DNA of 64,000 bases, from the NCBI RefSeq assembly GCF_006345805.1, contig NC_043001.1, positions 6,634,001 through 6,698,000 of the forward strand, in the 5' to 3' direction. Of the stretch, positions 38,594 to 51,881 are shown in pieces; within the stretch, counting starts at the first letter, position 1, and each line of letters opens with the position of its first letter. The DNA comes from Octopus sinensis (lineage: Eukaryota). Made by a program: the position numbers and the translations under genes. Below the pieces are notes generated by a model. It saw only the letters and a list, made by a program, of their open reading frames with translations. It searched no databases and had not been told where the DNA came from.

Positions 38594-38983
38594 ACTCTTT
38601 TACTTGTTTCAATCATTTGACTGCGGCCATGCTGGAGCACCGCCTTTAGTCGAGCAACTCGACCCCGGGACTTATTCTTTGTAAGACCAGTACTTATTCT
38701 ATCGGTCTCTTTTGCCGAACCGCTAAGTGACGGGGACATAAACATACCAGCATCGGTTGTCAAGCAATGCTAGGGGGGGGGGGCAAACACGCATATATAT
38801 ATATACATATACATATATACGATAGGTTTCTTTCAGTTTCCGTCTACCAAATCCACTGACAAGGCTTTGGTCGGCCCGAGGCTATAGTAGAAGACACTTG
38901 CCCAAGGTACCACGCAGTGGGACTGAACCCGGAACCATGTGGTTGGTAAGAAAACTACTTACAACAAAGCCACTCCTGCGCCT
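38594..38983 (-). mobile_element. SINE family B, full length, best-preserved copy
   Basis: tRNA-like head (ggttccgggttcagtcccactgcgtgg), ccttgggcaagtgtcttc CORE-like segment, TA microsatellite, tail ggcggtgctccagcatggccgcagtcaaatgattgaaacaagtaaaag. Confidence 0.9.
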
Positions 38984-39229
38984 CACTTTTTGTTATGTTT
39001 CATTCCCTGCTTGATGGCTCGCTATTTCCTGGCGGCTTATAGTCACAGGCGCCTCCAAATAGGAGCATTATTATGATAAAAGGCGTTCACACACATCTAA
39101 CCGTTGCACACACGTATATATTTGAAATATCCGATTACCTATGGTTATATGCACGAACACTTGAATGTCTTAATCGATATTGTAACTATTATATTTAATA
39201 ATACCAACATATATAGAATATACACATAC

Positions 39230-39268
<39 letters not shown>

Positions 39269-39981
39269 ACACACAAACACACACACGTATATACATACAG
39301 ATATAGATACACATGTGTGTCTGTGTATGTATGTACATATATATACAAGTATATATATATCTGTGTGCCCGTATACATATATGTGCATGTGCGTGTGAGG
39401 TATTAAATATAGATGTGAGTACGCATGTGACTGCATATAAACACCCACATACATATACAGACTCAGATATCTAACCAAAGTTAAAGGAAGTATTTAGCAT
39501 TTGTATCTTTGGTTCCATTTCGTTTTCAATCTTCATATTTCGTTATCTGATGTAGCACATACCGTTTCTAAGATCATAAAAAAATATTTCGTTTTTCATG
39601 TACAGTATTTTGTTTTTATGTTTTCGTTTAGTCTAAAATTATTCTGTTTCTTTTGTTCATACGATGCATTGAATTTTTATCGATTCTTATTGATGAAATT
39701 GTGATAAGGAGCGATTGTGGTGAAAAGAAATGTCAGAAAACTGAAAAAGAATTTTCTGTTTTTTTTCTCTTTTTTCATTTTGTTTTTTTTTTTTAATATT
39801 TCTAAGTTTTGATACAAGACAGAATTAAGGCCATTTACGTATTAGTAAAAAAACAACAACAACAACAACAAACAAAAAAAAACAAACAAAACATAATAAC
39901 GAGAATTTCAAACTTACGTGTTGTTCTGTTTGATAACAACGAACCCGATCAGAGGTGGTAACGCTGCTGCTGCCACTGATA

Positions 39982-40017
<36 letters not shown>

Positions 40018-40760
40018 TGGAAATGTTGATGATGGTGATGATGATGAAGATGAAAATGTTGATGATGATACTGATGATGGTTTTGAATATGATGGTGAAG
40101 AAGAAATCATTTTTTTTTTTTATAGTCATAAGAAAAACGAATATTGTGGTAACGATTATATCGACACACGCTGTCACATTAACCATAATAACCTTTTCTT
40201 CATTTGATATTTTTTCATTGACATTCTTATATGTATAATACACACACACACACACACACATACAACTAGTGTGATGGTCAGTTACATCAATGAACTCATT
40301 GACTTGTCCAGTCCTGATATCTAAATTAATTATGTATAACATAAAGTAATATAATATGTAATTACACATCACCTAAAACCGAATCTACCAATTTTGAAAT
40401 AAGTTGCACTAAAATCAATATATCTATGTAGTTTTTCAATCGGTGAATTTGAAGAGAACCTGGCTTAATCGCACCTAAGCTACACTTGTGTTATGCAATA
40501 TTACAGCAGCTTTTGTTTTACATGGGACATGTAAGTCTATCTAAAATCATTTGTCCATTTCTGTCAACATGGCGTGCAGCGTTTCATTTTATTTCGAAAA
40601 TACTTTCAAGGTTGGAATTTTACTCAGCATATTATACTAGCCTGCTTGAATTTAATATCACATACTAAATATATAAGCCGTAATCAATTTCACATATTGG
40701 TTAAATTTGTTATTGTACTGAACTTATCATACAGCATTTTATCTCTTTATATATGCAATA

Positions 40761-41073
40761 GTGGAGGCGCAATGGCCCAGTGGTTAGGGCAGCGGATTCG
40801 CGGCCATAGGATCACGGTTTCGATTCCTAGACTAGGCATTGTGAGTGTTTATTGAGCGAAAACACCTAAAGCTTCACGAGGCTCCGGCAGGGGTGGTGGT
40901 GGCAATCCCTGCTGTACTCTTTCGCCGCAATTTTCTCTCACGCTTTCTTCTGTTGGCCTGCTCGCTTAGCCAGCGGGGTGGCGTCATTTAAAGGCTAAAA
41001 CAATGCGAAACGCATTGTGACCAGCGATGTGTAGGAACATCTGATAGCCTGGTCGGTCACGGTGATCACGGTG
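40761..41073 (+). mobile_element. SINE family C, alternative-tail subfamily
   Basis: A box tggcccagtgg, B box ggtttcgattcc; 12-bp TSD atatatgcaata at 40749-40760 and 41074-41085. Confidence 0.9.
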
Positions 41074-41296
41074 ATATATGCAATAAGCGTCGTTGCAATG
41101 TTATTGAATCGTTATGGCTTTAAACAGGATCCGGCGACAGTGTTCATATTAGTTTTTACGTTTTCACTGACAATACCACCAGATCAGCTCTAATCGAGAA
41201 CAGTAAAAACTTCACTGGTTGCATGGTAAACTACGTAATGAACTAACTTTGATCCAACGAGTATCATAAACTTGGCAGTAGGTAGTATTTAGATTT

Positions 41297-41528
41297 AGGC
41301 GGCGAGCTGGCAGAATCGTTAGCACACCGGGGAAATGCTTAGCGGCATTTCGCCTGCTGTTACGTTCTGAGTTCAAATTCCGCCGAGGACTTTGCCTTTT
41401 ATCCTTTCGGGGTCGATAAATTAAGTACCAGTTACGCACTGGGGTCGATGTAATCGACTTCGTCCGTGTGCCTGTCCTTGTTTGTCCCCTTTATGTTAAG
41501 CTCCTTGTGAGTAGTAAAGAAATAGGTA
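41297..41528 (+). mobile_element. SINE family A, full length
   Basis: aggcggcgagctggcagaatcg head, gagttcaaattcc B-box-like motif; TSD taggtagtatttag at 41279-41292 and 41523-41536. Confidence 0.92.
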
Positions 41529-42479
41529 GTATTTAGGTTGCTTTATATATATAACTCGCTAAAGGACCAGCCCTAAAAGAAAAGGGATGCTGTAGAGGTA
41601 ATACGTTCAAAATAGTCTCAGGCATTTATCAAAAGTATTACCAATGAAACCAGACCAGGTTTAGTGTCCCTCATCTGACGTCCTAATTTCATGTCCACTG
41701 TTGTTTCAAAATTACAATAGCAGAACTGAAGTCATGAACTTCATGTAGCATGACATCTCCTTTATTGTTAGCCTGTCCAGCACAGATACCTACGCCACTA
41801 TTAGAAAAAAGAGAGCAAGCCAAATATGTGAGTACAAATTTGCCTAGGGGAACATGAGAATCTGTAAAGGGAGAATGACAAGCAAGAGATTTTTGGTGGT
41901 GATGTAGGGGGAAATATGTTTATACGATCATGAGATCATGGAAAAAACAGCATGTACGCTACTAATTGTGTAGATATATTTAATCTGTACAGAGTAGCAC
42001 AAAGGCGCGGGGGATAACATGGTATAGCGTACTTTCCTATGCATTACGACTGGATAGATTTAAGATTAGTTATGTTATATTGACAATCATAGTATACAGG
42101 GACTCTATAAGCTGACCTCATGTAAAGTGAAATGACAATAACACTAAGAATTTATAAATTGATAGATAGATGATTGAGCCATATTAAAAATCTGAGCGAG
42201 GTATAAACAGAAGCTGCAACAAATCGTGAGGTATTTTTGCCACTTAAATGTGGCTAACCCGTAAGGGTGGATGGTACTGTTGCTTGTAGCACCAGGAGGA
42301 CAGACAGATTATTATTATCATTAGACAATGGACTTCCGATATGGTACATGAATTTATTTGTTCAAGATTCTTATAGGTTCCAGGTATTTTACATCTAAGG
42401 TAAACAATCTCTTGTTGAATGAGCTGAAGCTTATTTATTAAACTGGAAACAATAAAAAAAGCACAATATTCGGCAGTAA

Positions 42480-43560
42480 TCAAAACTGGCAGAAAAAAAA
42501 CGCCTTTTGATTAAAATGTCATGGATATTAGCTGAGGGCGCTCAAACGAGGAACGTAATTGTAAAGGCATTAGAAACATCTGGTTTGTTGTAGATTAAGA
42601 ACATGTTAAGCGAAAAAAGAACGAATCTTTTGGTTTTTGTCCTTGAGACGCAATATATGAACCTATTACATAGATTCAGAAAGCATGAAATTGAAGCAAG
42701 AGCAGAAAATGAGTCATAATTCATCGGAAGAGAAACTCTAAATTCGATATCGAGGAATCACAAATGACATTGACCGACATACCTCTGAAAGGATATTGGA
42801 GGTTTTAATAGAAATAGATGAAGAGACGTTGTTACTGTAACAGCGACAAGATTACAATAACATGTGAGGGAGGTGCAAATGACAAGAAATACACAGCGAA
42901 AAGAAGACTAGAAGGAAAGAATATCAGCATAAAAATGCTGTTGGAAACGATGGTAATAGAAATATGAGCAACGATCACAACGCAGTCTTCCTTAAGCGTC
43001 TCCATGAAAGTTCTTTACTTCCATAGAAAATTGGAAACAATTTGCAGCTTTGCCCATCCTAGCACCAAGAAGACCCATAATCGAGTTATTAATTTTTAAC
43101 TACTGAATAAAAGGGCTTAGGAATGTGTACACTTGAAGATATCTACATGAAGGAGAGCACCAGCAATAAAGCCTCAAGGTGTTACAGATTATACGATCTG
43201 CACACGCCAGGAGGCAGTATACTGCTCTAGTGCCAACTGCAGCAGCAACACAAAAAGTATCGTAAGTGGGTCAAGTAAACTGTTTTGGTTATAACAGAAA
43301 CTTAGAAAAAAGATTTGCAAAACTAATAATTAAGCACAAGTGCCATTTTCCACAGCTCAAACGCAGGAGAGAAAACCATTTCTGAAAGATATTTTGCAAC
43401 CATAAAACGGAGATAAAAACAAAACTCTAAAACAGTAGATGCTTAGATACACACAAAAATGTAGATTGCGTTTCTGAGAGAGACGAAATAATGAAATTAC
43501 TCTGGAGATGCCATGTACATAGAAAAACATGTCAAGTCTTTACTATTGTCCCCATATAGG
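42480..43560 (+). pseudogene. Possible highly decayed Penelope-like ORF (RT to GIY-YIG)
   Basis: Scattered motifs in order across frames: KALET, DEETFV, ITITCEG, LHTPG-VY, RNLEKRF, EKTISED (cf. KALET, YVDDTFV, IQFTME, TPGVY, RNLxxRxxEH, EKSAIAEH). Confidence 0.3.
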
Positions 43561-43880
43561 AACTCGGCGGGTAACACACTGCCATATCAATCAAAATGAT
43601 GTGATTAAACAATTTCAAGCAATTTTCAGACAACTGTAATTCCAGATTCAGAGAGCTTTGAACGCTTTAGTAAATCAATTGCGTACCATTTGGGTACAAG
43701 AAATGACGTTCTTAGTGTCCGTGAAAGATGGATTCCGGTGATGATAAACACACATCCTGCTCTCAGATTTCGCTTGCATTGACCAGTGGCGAGCAGTTTT
43801 GTGCAAAGATTACCTGTTAAATGAATTCCTCTGACGAGAGTTACAGTACTATAGGCATTTCCCCTATACATACATATACC

Positions 43881-44244
43881 GGGGTGCTCCGTCGCTTACG
43901 ACGACGAGGGTTCCAATGATCTGATCAACGGAACAGCCAGTTCGTTTAAATTAAGGTGCAAGTGGATGAGCAACACCACAGAAAAGTGTACACTTTGCGT
44001 AGTTCTCGGCGAGATTCAGTGTGACACAGAGTGTAACAAGGCTGGTTCTTTGAAATACCGGTAAAACAGAAACAGGAAGAAATAGTAAGTGAGATATGTG
44101 ATGAAAAAGAACAGCAGGGTTCACCACAACCTCCTGCCGGAGCCTCGTGGAGCTTTAGGCGTCTTCGCTCAATAAACAATTACAACGCCCGGTCTGGAAA
44201 TCGAAACAGCGATCCTACGACCACTGGTCTATTGCGTCTACACT
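43881..44244 (-). mobile_element. SINE family C with deletion in the tRNA head
   Basis: Colinear with 62488-62871 (ctccgtcgcttacgacgacgagggttcc ... ccggagcctcgtggagctttagg ... attgcg). Confidence 0.85.
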
Positions 44245-44559
44245 ACCTGCATACATACACACAAACGCACTCGTACACAGACAGACAGACAGACAGACAC
44301 ATACACACACACACACACATATATATATATTGCAGAAAAGATCGTGGGTAAGGCCAAAATATTGCGAAGTAAATGCAAGATAAATCACATGGAAACAAAT
44401 ATGTGAATTGATGTAGGGTTACTTTGTATTCAATATTTCGGTGTTAAGATCCCATTTTCAAGAAATTGACCAATGTTGCCGATATGCGTGTGTGAGAGCC
44501 TGTGTGGAGTGGATATTCGCAGAGGAGTGCTGCTATAGCAACCAGCTAGCTTCCTGTAA

Positions 44560-44990
44560 CAGCCTTCTATTTTTGATCTTGAGTTTCTCTGCGTCTATGA
44601 GGATGGACTCAGAGATTCTAAGATAGCCCATATCCCACTGTGTTGCCTTGATGTGCACTGAGAATTTTCAGGTTTCGCATTTCCGTACATGTTTCTTCAC
44701 TAAAGTATCTGCCTGCACGTGTTCCTTAATGCGTAGATGCAGTTTTCGCGTGGTGCTTCTGATGCAGGATGCACCACCCTTGCCACAGATGATCTCATAT
44801 ACGATATAGGTCCTCTGGCACAATTCAGGGTCACTGATGGGGCAGTTCGACAAACTGATTAAACAATTCAAAGCAATTTTAAGACAACTGTAATTCCAGC
44901 TTCAGAGTGCTTTGAACGCCTGAGCAAATCAATTGCGTGCCATTTGGGTAAAAGAAATGACGTTCTTAGTGTCCGTGAAAGATGGAGTCC
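44560..44990 (-). pseudogene. Penelope-like GIY-YIG endonuclease fragment
   Basis: CPISDPELCQRTYIVYEIICGKGGASCIRSTTRKLHLRIKEHV..LVKKH..KC...LRISESILI fits the VYxIxC..YIGxTxRxLxxRxxEH...LRxxEAILI pattern. Confidence 0.75.
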
Positions 44991-45909
44991 TGTGATTCCT
45001 TTTTTAATTTCTTATATATATTACAACTCACCCCGTGGGGATAATTGAAATTCCTTCTTTTCTGTTACTTCTGTATATGTACATATATATATATAAATTA
45101 ATAAATAAATAAAACATATGCATATATACATACATATATGTATGTACCTACCTCTACATGTATATATACATGCATATATGGGTACAGGACACCAAAAACA
45201 AAACGTCGAAACAATGAGAAACGAAAACATAAACACAAAAACAAGGAAATGGACATTTTTCTTAAACAATGAAAAAATAGAGTACAGGACAAATAGCACA
45301 AGGAAAATTCCCCTTCTTTAGTCGCCTTTGTTTCATCTACTCCGCGTTACGAAGGTCAAAGCGATACATGACTTTAATGAAACAATCCTTCCTGCGAAAA
45401 TCAAATATGTATATATATATATATATATAAATATTTCATTTTCTATCTGCCAAATCCACTAAGAATGTTTTGATTGCCACGGGTATTTAGCAGGAGACAT
45501 CTGACCAAATGGCTTATATCCAATAGGATATATCATGGAAGAAATCTTCCTACCCGCACACCCACCTTTGCGCTTGTGTACATTTAAGAACATCAATTCT
45601 TATTGCATGTGTTTGTAAATATATACATATGTATTCGATTTACACATATGTACAAATAGCTTAAAATTTTCCCGAAGTTTGTACTATCTGTGTTAGTATA
45701 TGTAGCCTCTCAGACACTTGAATAGGCGTTCATTGACCTATGAATACATACATAACATCAGCTGTTTTACAATCTATATACTTGAGGTACTTGAAGAAAT
45801 ACTAGAATCTTAAATATAATCACTTAAAACAACAACAGATAAAATGAAAATATTGATATACTTGAAAGTATATTAATTAGTAAATTAAATTCGTCTTTTT
45901 CTTCTTCTT

Positions 45910-45912
45910 CTC

Positions 45913-45961
<49 letters not shown>

Positions 45962-46003
45962 TAATAATAATATAATATAAAATAAATAATAATAATAATA
46001 ATA

Positions 46004-46091
<88 letters not shown>

Positions 46092-46092
46092 C
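45910..46092. repeat. (AAT)n microsatellite
   Basis: Direct reading. Confidence 0.95.
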
Positions 46093-46099
46093 ATTACAG

Positions 46100-46285
46100 A
46101 CATTATTTACATTCGACGGATATTTGTCCTCATCTTGTTTGTTGTTATAACAATATTTCGGCTGATAAACCCTCTCCAGCCTTCATCAGGTGTCTTGGGG
46201 AAATTTCTAACCCCGGTTCTCATTCCTAAGGTATTTTCCGATGTTATTATTGTTATCGTTATTATTAATATTATTATTATTATTA
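46100..46285 (-). mobile_element. SINE family D 3' body with hammerhead core; head absent
   Basis: CTGATGA (46189-46183)-A-GGCTG..CAGCC-GAAA (46159-46156); colinear with 37600-37750. Confidence 0.8.
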
Positions 46286-46286
46286 C

Positions 46287-49200
46287 TTTTTTTTTTCTTC
46301 TTTCAAATTTTCTTCCATTTCTTGCCGAGTGTCTTCCCGTCTCCTAGGGCAAAGAAACTCATAGTGTATATTGGTAGGCCATTAAACCAAACTCAGTAGT
46401 TCGTTCCTATTTTTTTTTTTTAAAGTTAAATTTAAATACATGAGCAGCAACAGTTCTTACATCGACAATGCTCTTCTCAATACGTGTGATGTACCAGTTA
46501 AGACAATCTTTTGCACTTCTTGCAGGGATGGTAAGCCAGGGATCTTCTCATATAATTTTCGGTTCCCTTCTTGATCATTCCTAGTGCTCCTACGATCACT
46601 GGTATTGTAACCGCCTGAGATGCCACCTTTTCTCAATTTCAATGAGTAGGTCTTTATATTTTCTGAGCTTGTCAAATCTTTCGCTGAGATATTATGATCA
46701 CAGGGGATGCTCATGTCGATCAATAAGCAAACTTTATTGTTTTGGTCTTTCACAACAATATCTGGTTTATTGGCCTTGATGGTTCGGTCTGTATGTACTG
46801 GAAAGTCCCACAGAATGGTTACATTTTCTCCTTCAGTTACAGCCTCAGGGTGGTGATTATACACTTGTCGGCAGTTTTGATATTGTAATGCCGACTTATT
46901 AGCCAGTGGAGATATTGGCCAACTCTGTCATGTCTTAATTTATACTCCACTGGTGCTAAGACTTTAACATCCAGAGATTAGGTGGTCCACTGTTTCAATC
47001 ATGTCGTTGCAGAATCGGCATTTTGGGTCTGCTCCATTTTTCATCACATTGGCCTGGTAGTTCCGGGTTGATAGGCTTTGGTCTTGAGCATCAGATGAAA
47101 CCTTCGCTCTCTCTGCTTTTAGCCCCAGCTCCGTAGCCACTAATGGGTTTGCTTCTGGTCAACATCAGCTTGTTTGCTGCGGGTTACATATTTGCCGTGC
47201 AGAGAGGTTTCTCCTCCCACCTATCAGCCAATTGCTCGTGCGCTTTTTTCATTGCCATCATTTTCACTTTCTTTGCAACAATAGTTGCCGTACTTCCCTC
47301 GGGTTGTTCAGTTTGGGTATCCTGCACGAGATCAATAGCAAATTTTTTGCTTTCCTTATGATAGAATGAAGCTTCTTTCGTCCTCTCGTGATTTTCCACG
47401 AGCTTTAGCATCCAGTCATTCGATATTTCGAGATATTTGGCCAGTCCAATTGTGGTTGTTTTGTAAGCTAGTTCAAATTGGATCAGCCTCGACCTCCTTG
47501 GCTCTGGGAAGGTAAAGGCGATCTACGTCTGCCTTTGGGTGGTGCATCCTATTACAACCTCAGCAGCTTGCGTATTTTTCTATCTATATTCTTTACTTCA
47601 CTCATATTCCAGTTCAAACACATTGTAGCTATAAGTAACAACTGGAACTGCTAAGGAATTTATAGCTAACACCTTGTTACGTGCATTTAGTTCAGATTTC
47701 AGGACTGCACGAACTCTCCTATAACATTCCTTCCTGATTTTCTCTTTCATGCTTGCATGCTGAATACCAGAGCCTTCATTTATCCCTAAATATTTGTATG
47801 TTTGTTCTTGCTCAAGCTCTCTTATGACTGTGTCAACATCTAACACGACTGAATTGTGGTCTTCACTTTCCCTTTCTGGAAAGTGCCTTGGCACACTTCT
47901 CAAGTCCAAACTCTATCCCGATGTCATCGCTGAATGCTTTCACGGTGCGCAATAGGCCTTCAAGTTCATTATTGTCTTTACCATAAAGTTTTAAGTCATC
48001 CATATAAAATAGATGGCTTATTTTTTATTGGCAATTTTATACCCATACTCTGTTCTGTTTAATTCACTTGTAAGGGGTATTAGGGATATGCAGAATATTA
48101 AAGGTGAAAGTGAGTCACCTTGAAAAATTCCACAGTTGATGTTTATATTTTCTGAGGCAAGTACTCCATTAGAGTAGTATAATTGGAGATTCGTATTCCA
48201 CAACGACATATTGTGCTTCAGGAAGTTTGAAATCACAGGGGAAATTTTGAAGATGTCCAGCGATCTCAAGATCCATGGATGCGGTATACTGTCGAAGGCT
48301 TTTTATAGTCAATCCATGCGGTGCTGAGATTTCTGCGCTTGTTGTGACAATTCTCAAGATCATACGATTGATTAGCAGTTGATCTTTGCATCCGTAAGAG
48401 CCTCCGCGGCACCCTTTTTGTTCAATGGGGAAAATATCGTTCTTCTCCATGAATGCATATGTTTTCTCCGCCAGGATAGATGTTAGGATGTTATACGTGG
48501 TGGATAGACAGGTTATAGGCCGATAGTTTTTTGGAAGGTTGGTTTCGTTATTCTTTGGGAGTAGGTAAGTAATGCCACTTGCTAACCATTCAGGTGTTTT
48601 CTTTGGGTCTCTCATAATTCCATTGAGCAGCTGAACTAGCTTACCGTGTGCGCACGGGAGCGATGCGAGCCAGAAATTCGGCACCCTATCTTTACCGGGG
48701 GATTTCCAATTATGGGCCTTCTTGAGTGCTTTTCTTAGGTCTGCTATTGTGATGTCTTCCCATGCTTGTTGTAATTTTGGTAGGATCCTTCAGTTTGTAT
48801 AATCCAGTCTGCATTTATGTTGTACGTCTTCTTGTCACTCCAAATCCTTTTCCAAAGTTTTGAACTTCTTCCATGGGAGGGGGGTCTTTAACGGTTACTT
48901 TCTCCTTCCCTATTTCTCTGTAGAATTTTTTGGCATTGGATGTGAACAGCTTATTTTGCTTGTAAAACTTGTTTCTCTCTTCTCAAATCTTCGTATTCTT
49001 TGGGATTTTGCTTGGACTTTTTTTTCACAGCGTTTTTTCTTTTATTGATATCAGTTCTTCCTTGTGAGGATCCAAATTTTCTCTTCATCTTTCTTCCTGT
49101 TCTGGATCTTACATCATTTCCACATATTAGTTCATTTGATATTGATATTTCCCCTCTCAAAATTCAATCTCTTTTTCAATTTTACTTCTCCAGGTTTGAT

Positions 49201-50110
49201 TTCTTCCCAGGTTTTGTTTTCTTTGTTTTTTCGGGGGCATACAGCTGGTTTCAATTACCCTAGCAGAAGCGTAAATAATTTCATTTAACTCAGTAAAATC
49301 AGGTTTTAATTCTCGTATTATTTCATTTGTTACATAGTTGCCAATTTGGATTTGTTTTTTATTTTGGTTTGTATTTGAGAGTTTATGAAGCGGTTCTCTA
49401 TCATTCATACTTGTATGTCTTACAACTTCAAGCGTATTCAGGATTTTCTGCCTCATTTCTGCCATAGACTCTCTGTGTTCTTCAGCAAATGCGAGATCTT
49501 CAGTTACTGTTGTTTTTTCGTTTTCCTGGCTATCTTTAACAGGTACAATAGAATTTCTTGTATCTTCAGGCCTTTGCGTACTTTGGTCAGATGGCAGTGT
49601 TTCAATTAAGCCTCGTGGCGGGCTATACTGTTCATTTGATTCTTCATTTCCTTTGTGTCTTATATTTATGTCATTTTCCGTTGCGTGCTTGATCGCGCTT
49701 ATTTCACTGTCTGTGAGTCTGTTATTTCTAAAGATATCCCTCCTCACATTTGCTAATTTGTTCTCGTCCAAATAGGGCCTACTGTCTTGATTCCGTGTTC
49801 CCCATATACTGTAAGAGTTTGCGGTGTGTCTCTCTTGAGATGACCTACCTAATGCATAGTAATAAGCGTATATTACTTCTTTATACTCTTCTCGGGTCCA
49901 TTTGTTCCGCTTACATTTTTCTTTCTGTGGTGGTTGTGGTGGTGAACTTGGAGGGCTCGAGTTGGGGGATTTCCCGTTCAAGTGACCATCCATGTCCGTA
50001 TTCGGAGAAGAGTTTGTGCAGTTGATGACTTTTCGATCCCAGGCTGGCTCTTCCCTGGGGGACGCGCTTCCAGATAAACCATAGGACAAGCGATTTGGTA
50101 TACTGATTTA
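46287..50110 (-). mobile_element. Near-full-length R4/Dong-type non-LTR retrotransposon (RT + CCHC + restriction-like endonuclease), inactivated by frameshifts and stops
   Basis: N-terminal KWTREEYKEV..NKLANVRR; NYRPITCL, EQKGC, WIDYKKAFDS, GIFQGDSLSP, YMDD (48006-47995), YKYLG, CRFC..ETVDHLISGC, WDFPVHTDRTIKANKPDIV..LIDMSIP; 3' A-run joined to (AAT)n. Confidence 0.9.
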
Positions 50111-50563
50111 GTCTTCTTTAGTTTCCAAAAACATTTTGGTGCTACGATAATGTTATCATTTTTTTGCTTTGATTGGCTCGTGGGGAGACGGCCATCATTG
50201 TCGTTACAATTATAATCGTACCATTATAGCAGCCGTAGTCGGCTTATTATTGTTATTATCATCACCATTACCATCACTATCATCATTATCACCACCATTA
50301 CCATCATCATTATCATCATCACCATCACCATCACCACCATCATCATCAATGATATTGTTTTATGTGTAGTCACAGCAGTATCTTATTATTGTTATTTTTT
50401 TTTTTTTTATCATTATCACCATCACAGTAGTGTCTGTCTGTCTCGTTGGCTGGCTTGGTGGTTGGCTGGCTGACTGTCTTTTTTTTTTTTTTTTTTTAGG
50501 TGCGGTCCTCTCGGTCAAAAAAAGTTCAGATGTTTACTACTATTAGGCTTAAGAAAAATTAAG

Positions 50564-51477
50564 GAAGGGCTGTTCTGTATTGTTTGTGAATAGAGAAGTT
50601 GTGTTCGACCAGAGAGAATCGTAGCATCATCATTTTTTTTTTCCACGTGCGTTTGTGTTATTGCAATAAAAAGTGTTTGTATATTTCCTGTAAGGTAATA
50701 TTGTGGAGGTTGAAGTTGACTTTTCTAGAGATGTTTGTATGTCCAGTTAGAAGAACAGGTGTGTGTTTACAATAAAAAGTATATGTTTACATTTATATTT
50801 GAATATTCAGGGAGGAAGCAAAAAAAAAAAAAAAAAAAAAAGGCAGATTTTCATAGAAAGTTTTAGGTTTTGTAAGTCTACAAAAAGAAAAAAAAGAAAA
50901 GCGTGATGTTTTTAGAGAGAAGAAAAAAAAAAAGGATGTTTACAAAGGCAATTGTGGGTATCAAAGTTTTTAAAGCTGGTCGAATGTATGATTGAAAACT
51001 GTAGATATGTAAATTTGTAAATTTTATTAACTTATTTTGAAGGGCTGTTCTGTATTATTTGTGAATAGAGAAGTTGTGTTCGACCAGAGAGAATCTTAGC
51101 ATCATTATTTTTTCCATGTGCGTTTGTGTTATTGCAATAAAAAATGTTTTTATATTTCGTGTAATATTGTGGAGGTTGAAGTTGACCCCTCTAGAGATGT
51201 TTGTATGTCCAGTTAGAAGAACAGGTGTGTTTTGCAATAAAGAGTATATGTTCACATTTATATTTGAATATTCTGGGAGGAAGCAAAGAAAAGTCAGATT
51301 TTCATAGAAAGTTTTAGGGTTTTGCAACTCCACAAAAAGAAAAGCGTGATGTTTTTAGAGAGAAGAAAAAAAAGGGTGCTTACAGAGGCAGTTGTGGGTA
51401 TTAAAGTTTTTAAAGCCGATCGGATGTATGTTTGAAAGCTGCAGATATGTAAATTTGTAAATTTCTTAACCCACTTT
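50564..51477. repeat. Tandem duplication of a ~440-475-bp unit (50564-51038, 51039-51477)
   Basis: Both units begin gaagggctgttctgtatt and are colinear, differing mainly in A-tract length. Confidence 0.92.
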
Positions 51478-51639
51478 GAAGAGAATTTCAAATACTCACG
51501 AGGTATTGTAGATGTTCCAGTCTTTGAGAGTTATTTTTCCCCGTTGCTAAACTGGCCCATATTAGTGTTTCTATGGCTTTCAGCCACCGAACTGTCAGAG
51601 CAGTGAGGAACACGTCCAGCCGCTGTCAAGGCTGGCGCT

Positions 51640-51880
<241 letters not shown>

Positions 51881-51881
51881 A

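Noticed and set aside
39914-40372. 152-aa and 106-aa ORFs with poly-D/S and Met-rich runs
   Set aside because: They derive from a (GAT)n repeat region; no domain
45690-45770. ctgagaggc and aaacagctg strings resembling HHR halves
   Set aside because: Order and pairing are inconsistent with a foldable hammerhead
49157-50089. 310-aa ORF as a possible host gene
   Set aside because: It is the N-terminal part of the R4/Dong element ORF, contiguous with the downstream RT fragments
51055-51333. Penelope RT-like words (LDIQTSLEG, SALK..ASVS) in the tandem unit
   Set aside because: Motif spacing is inconsistent with the RT order; likely chance
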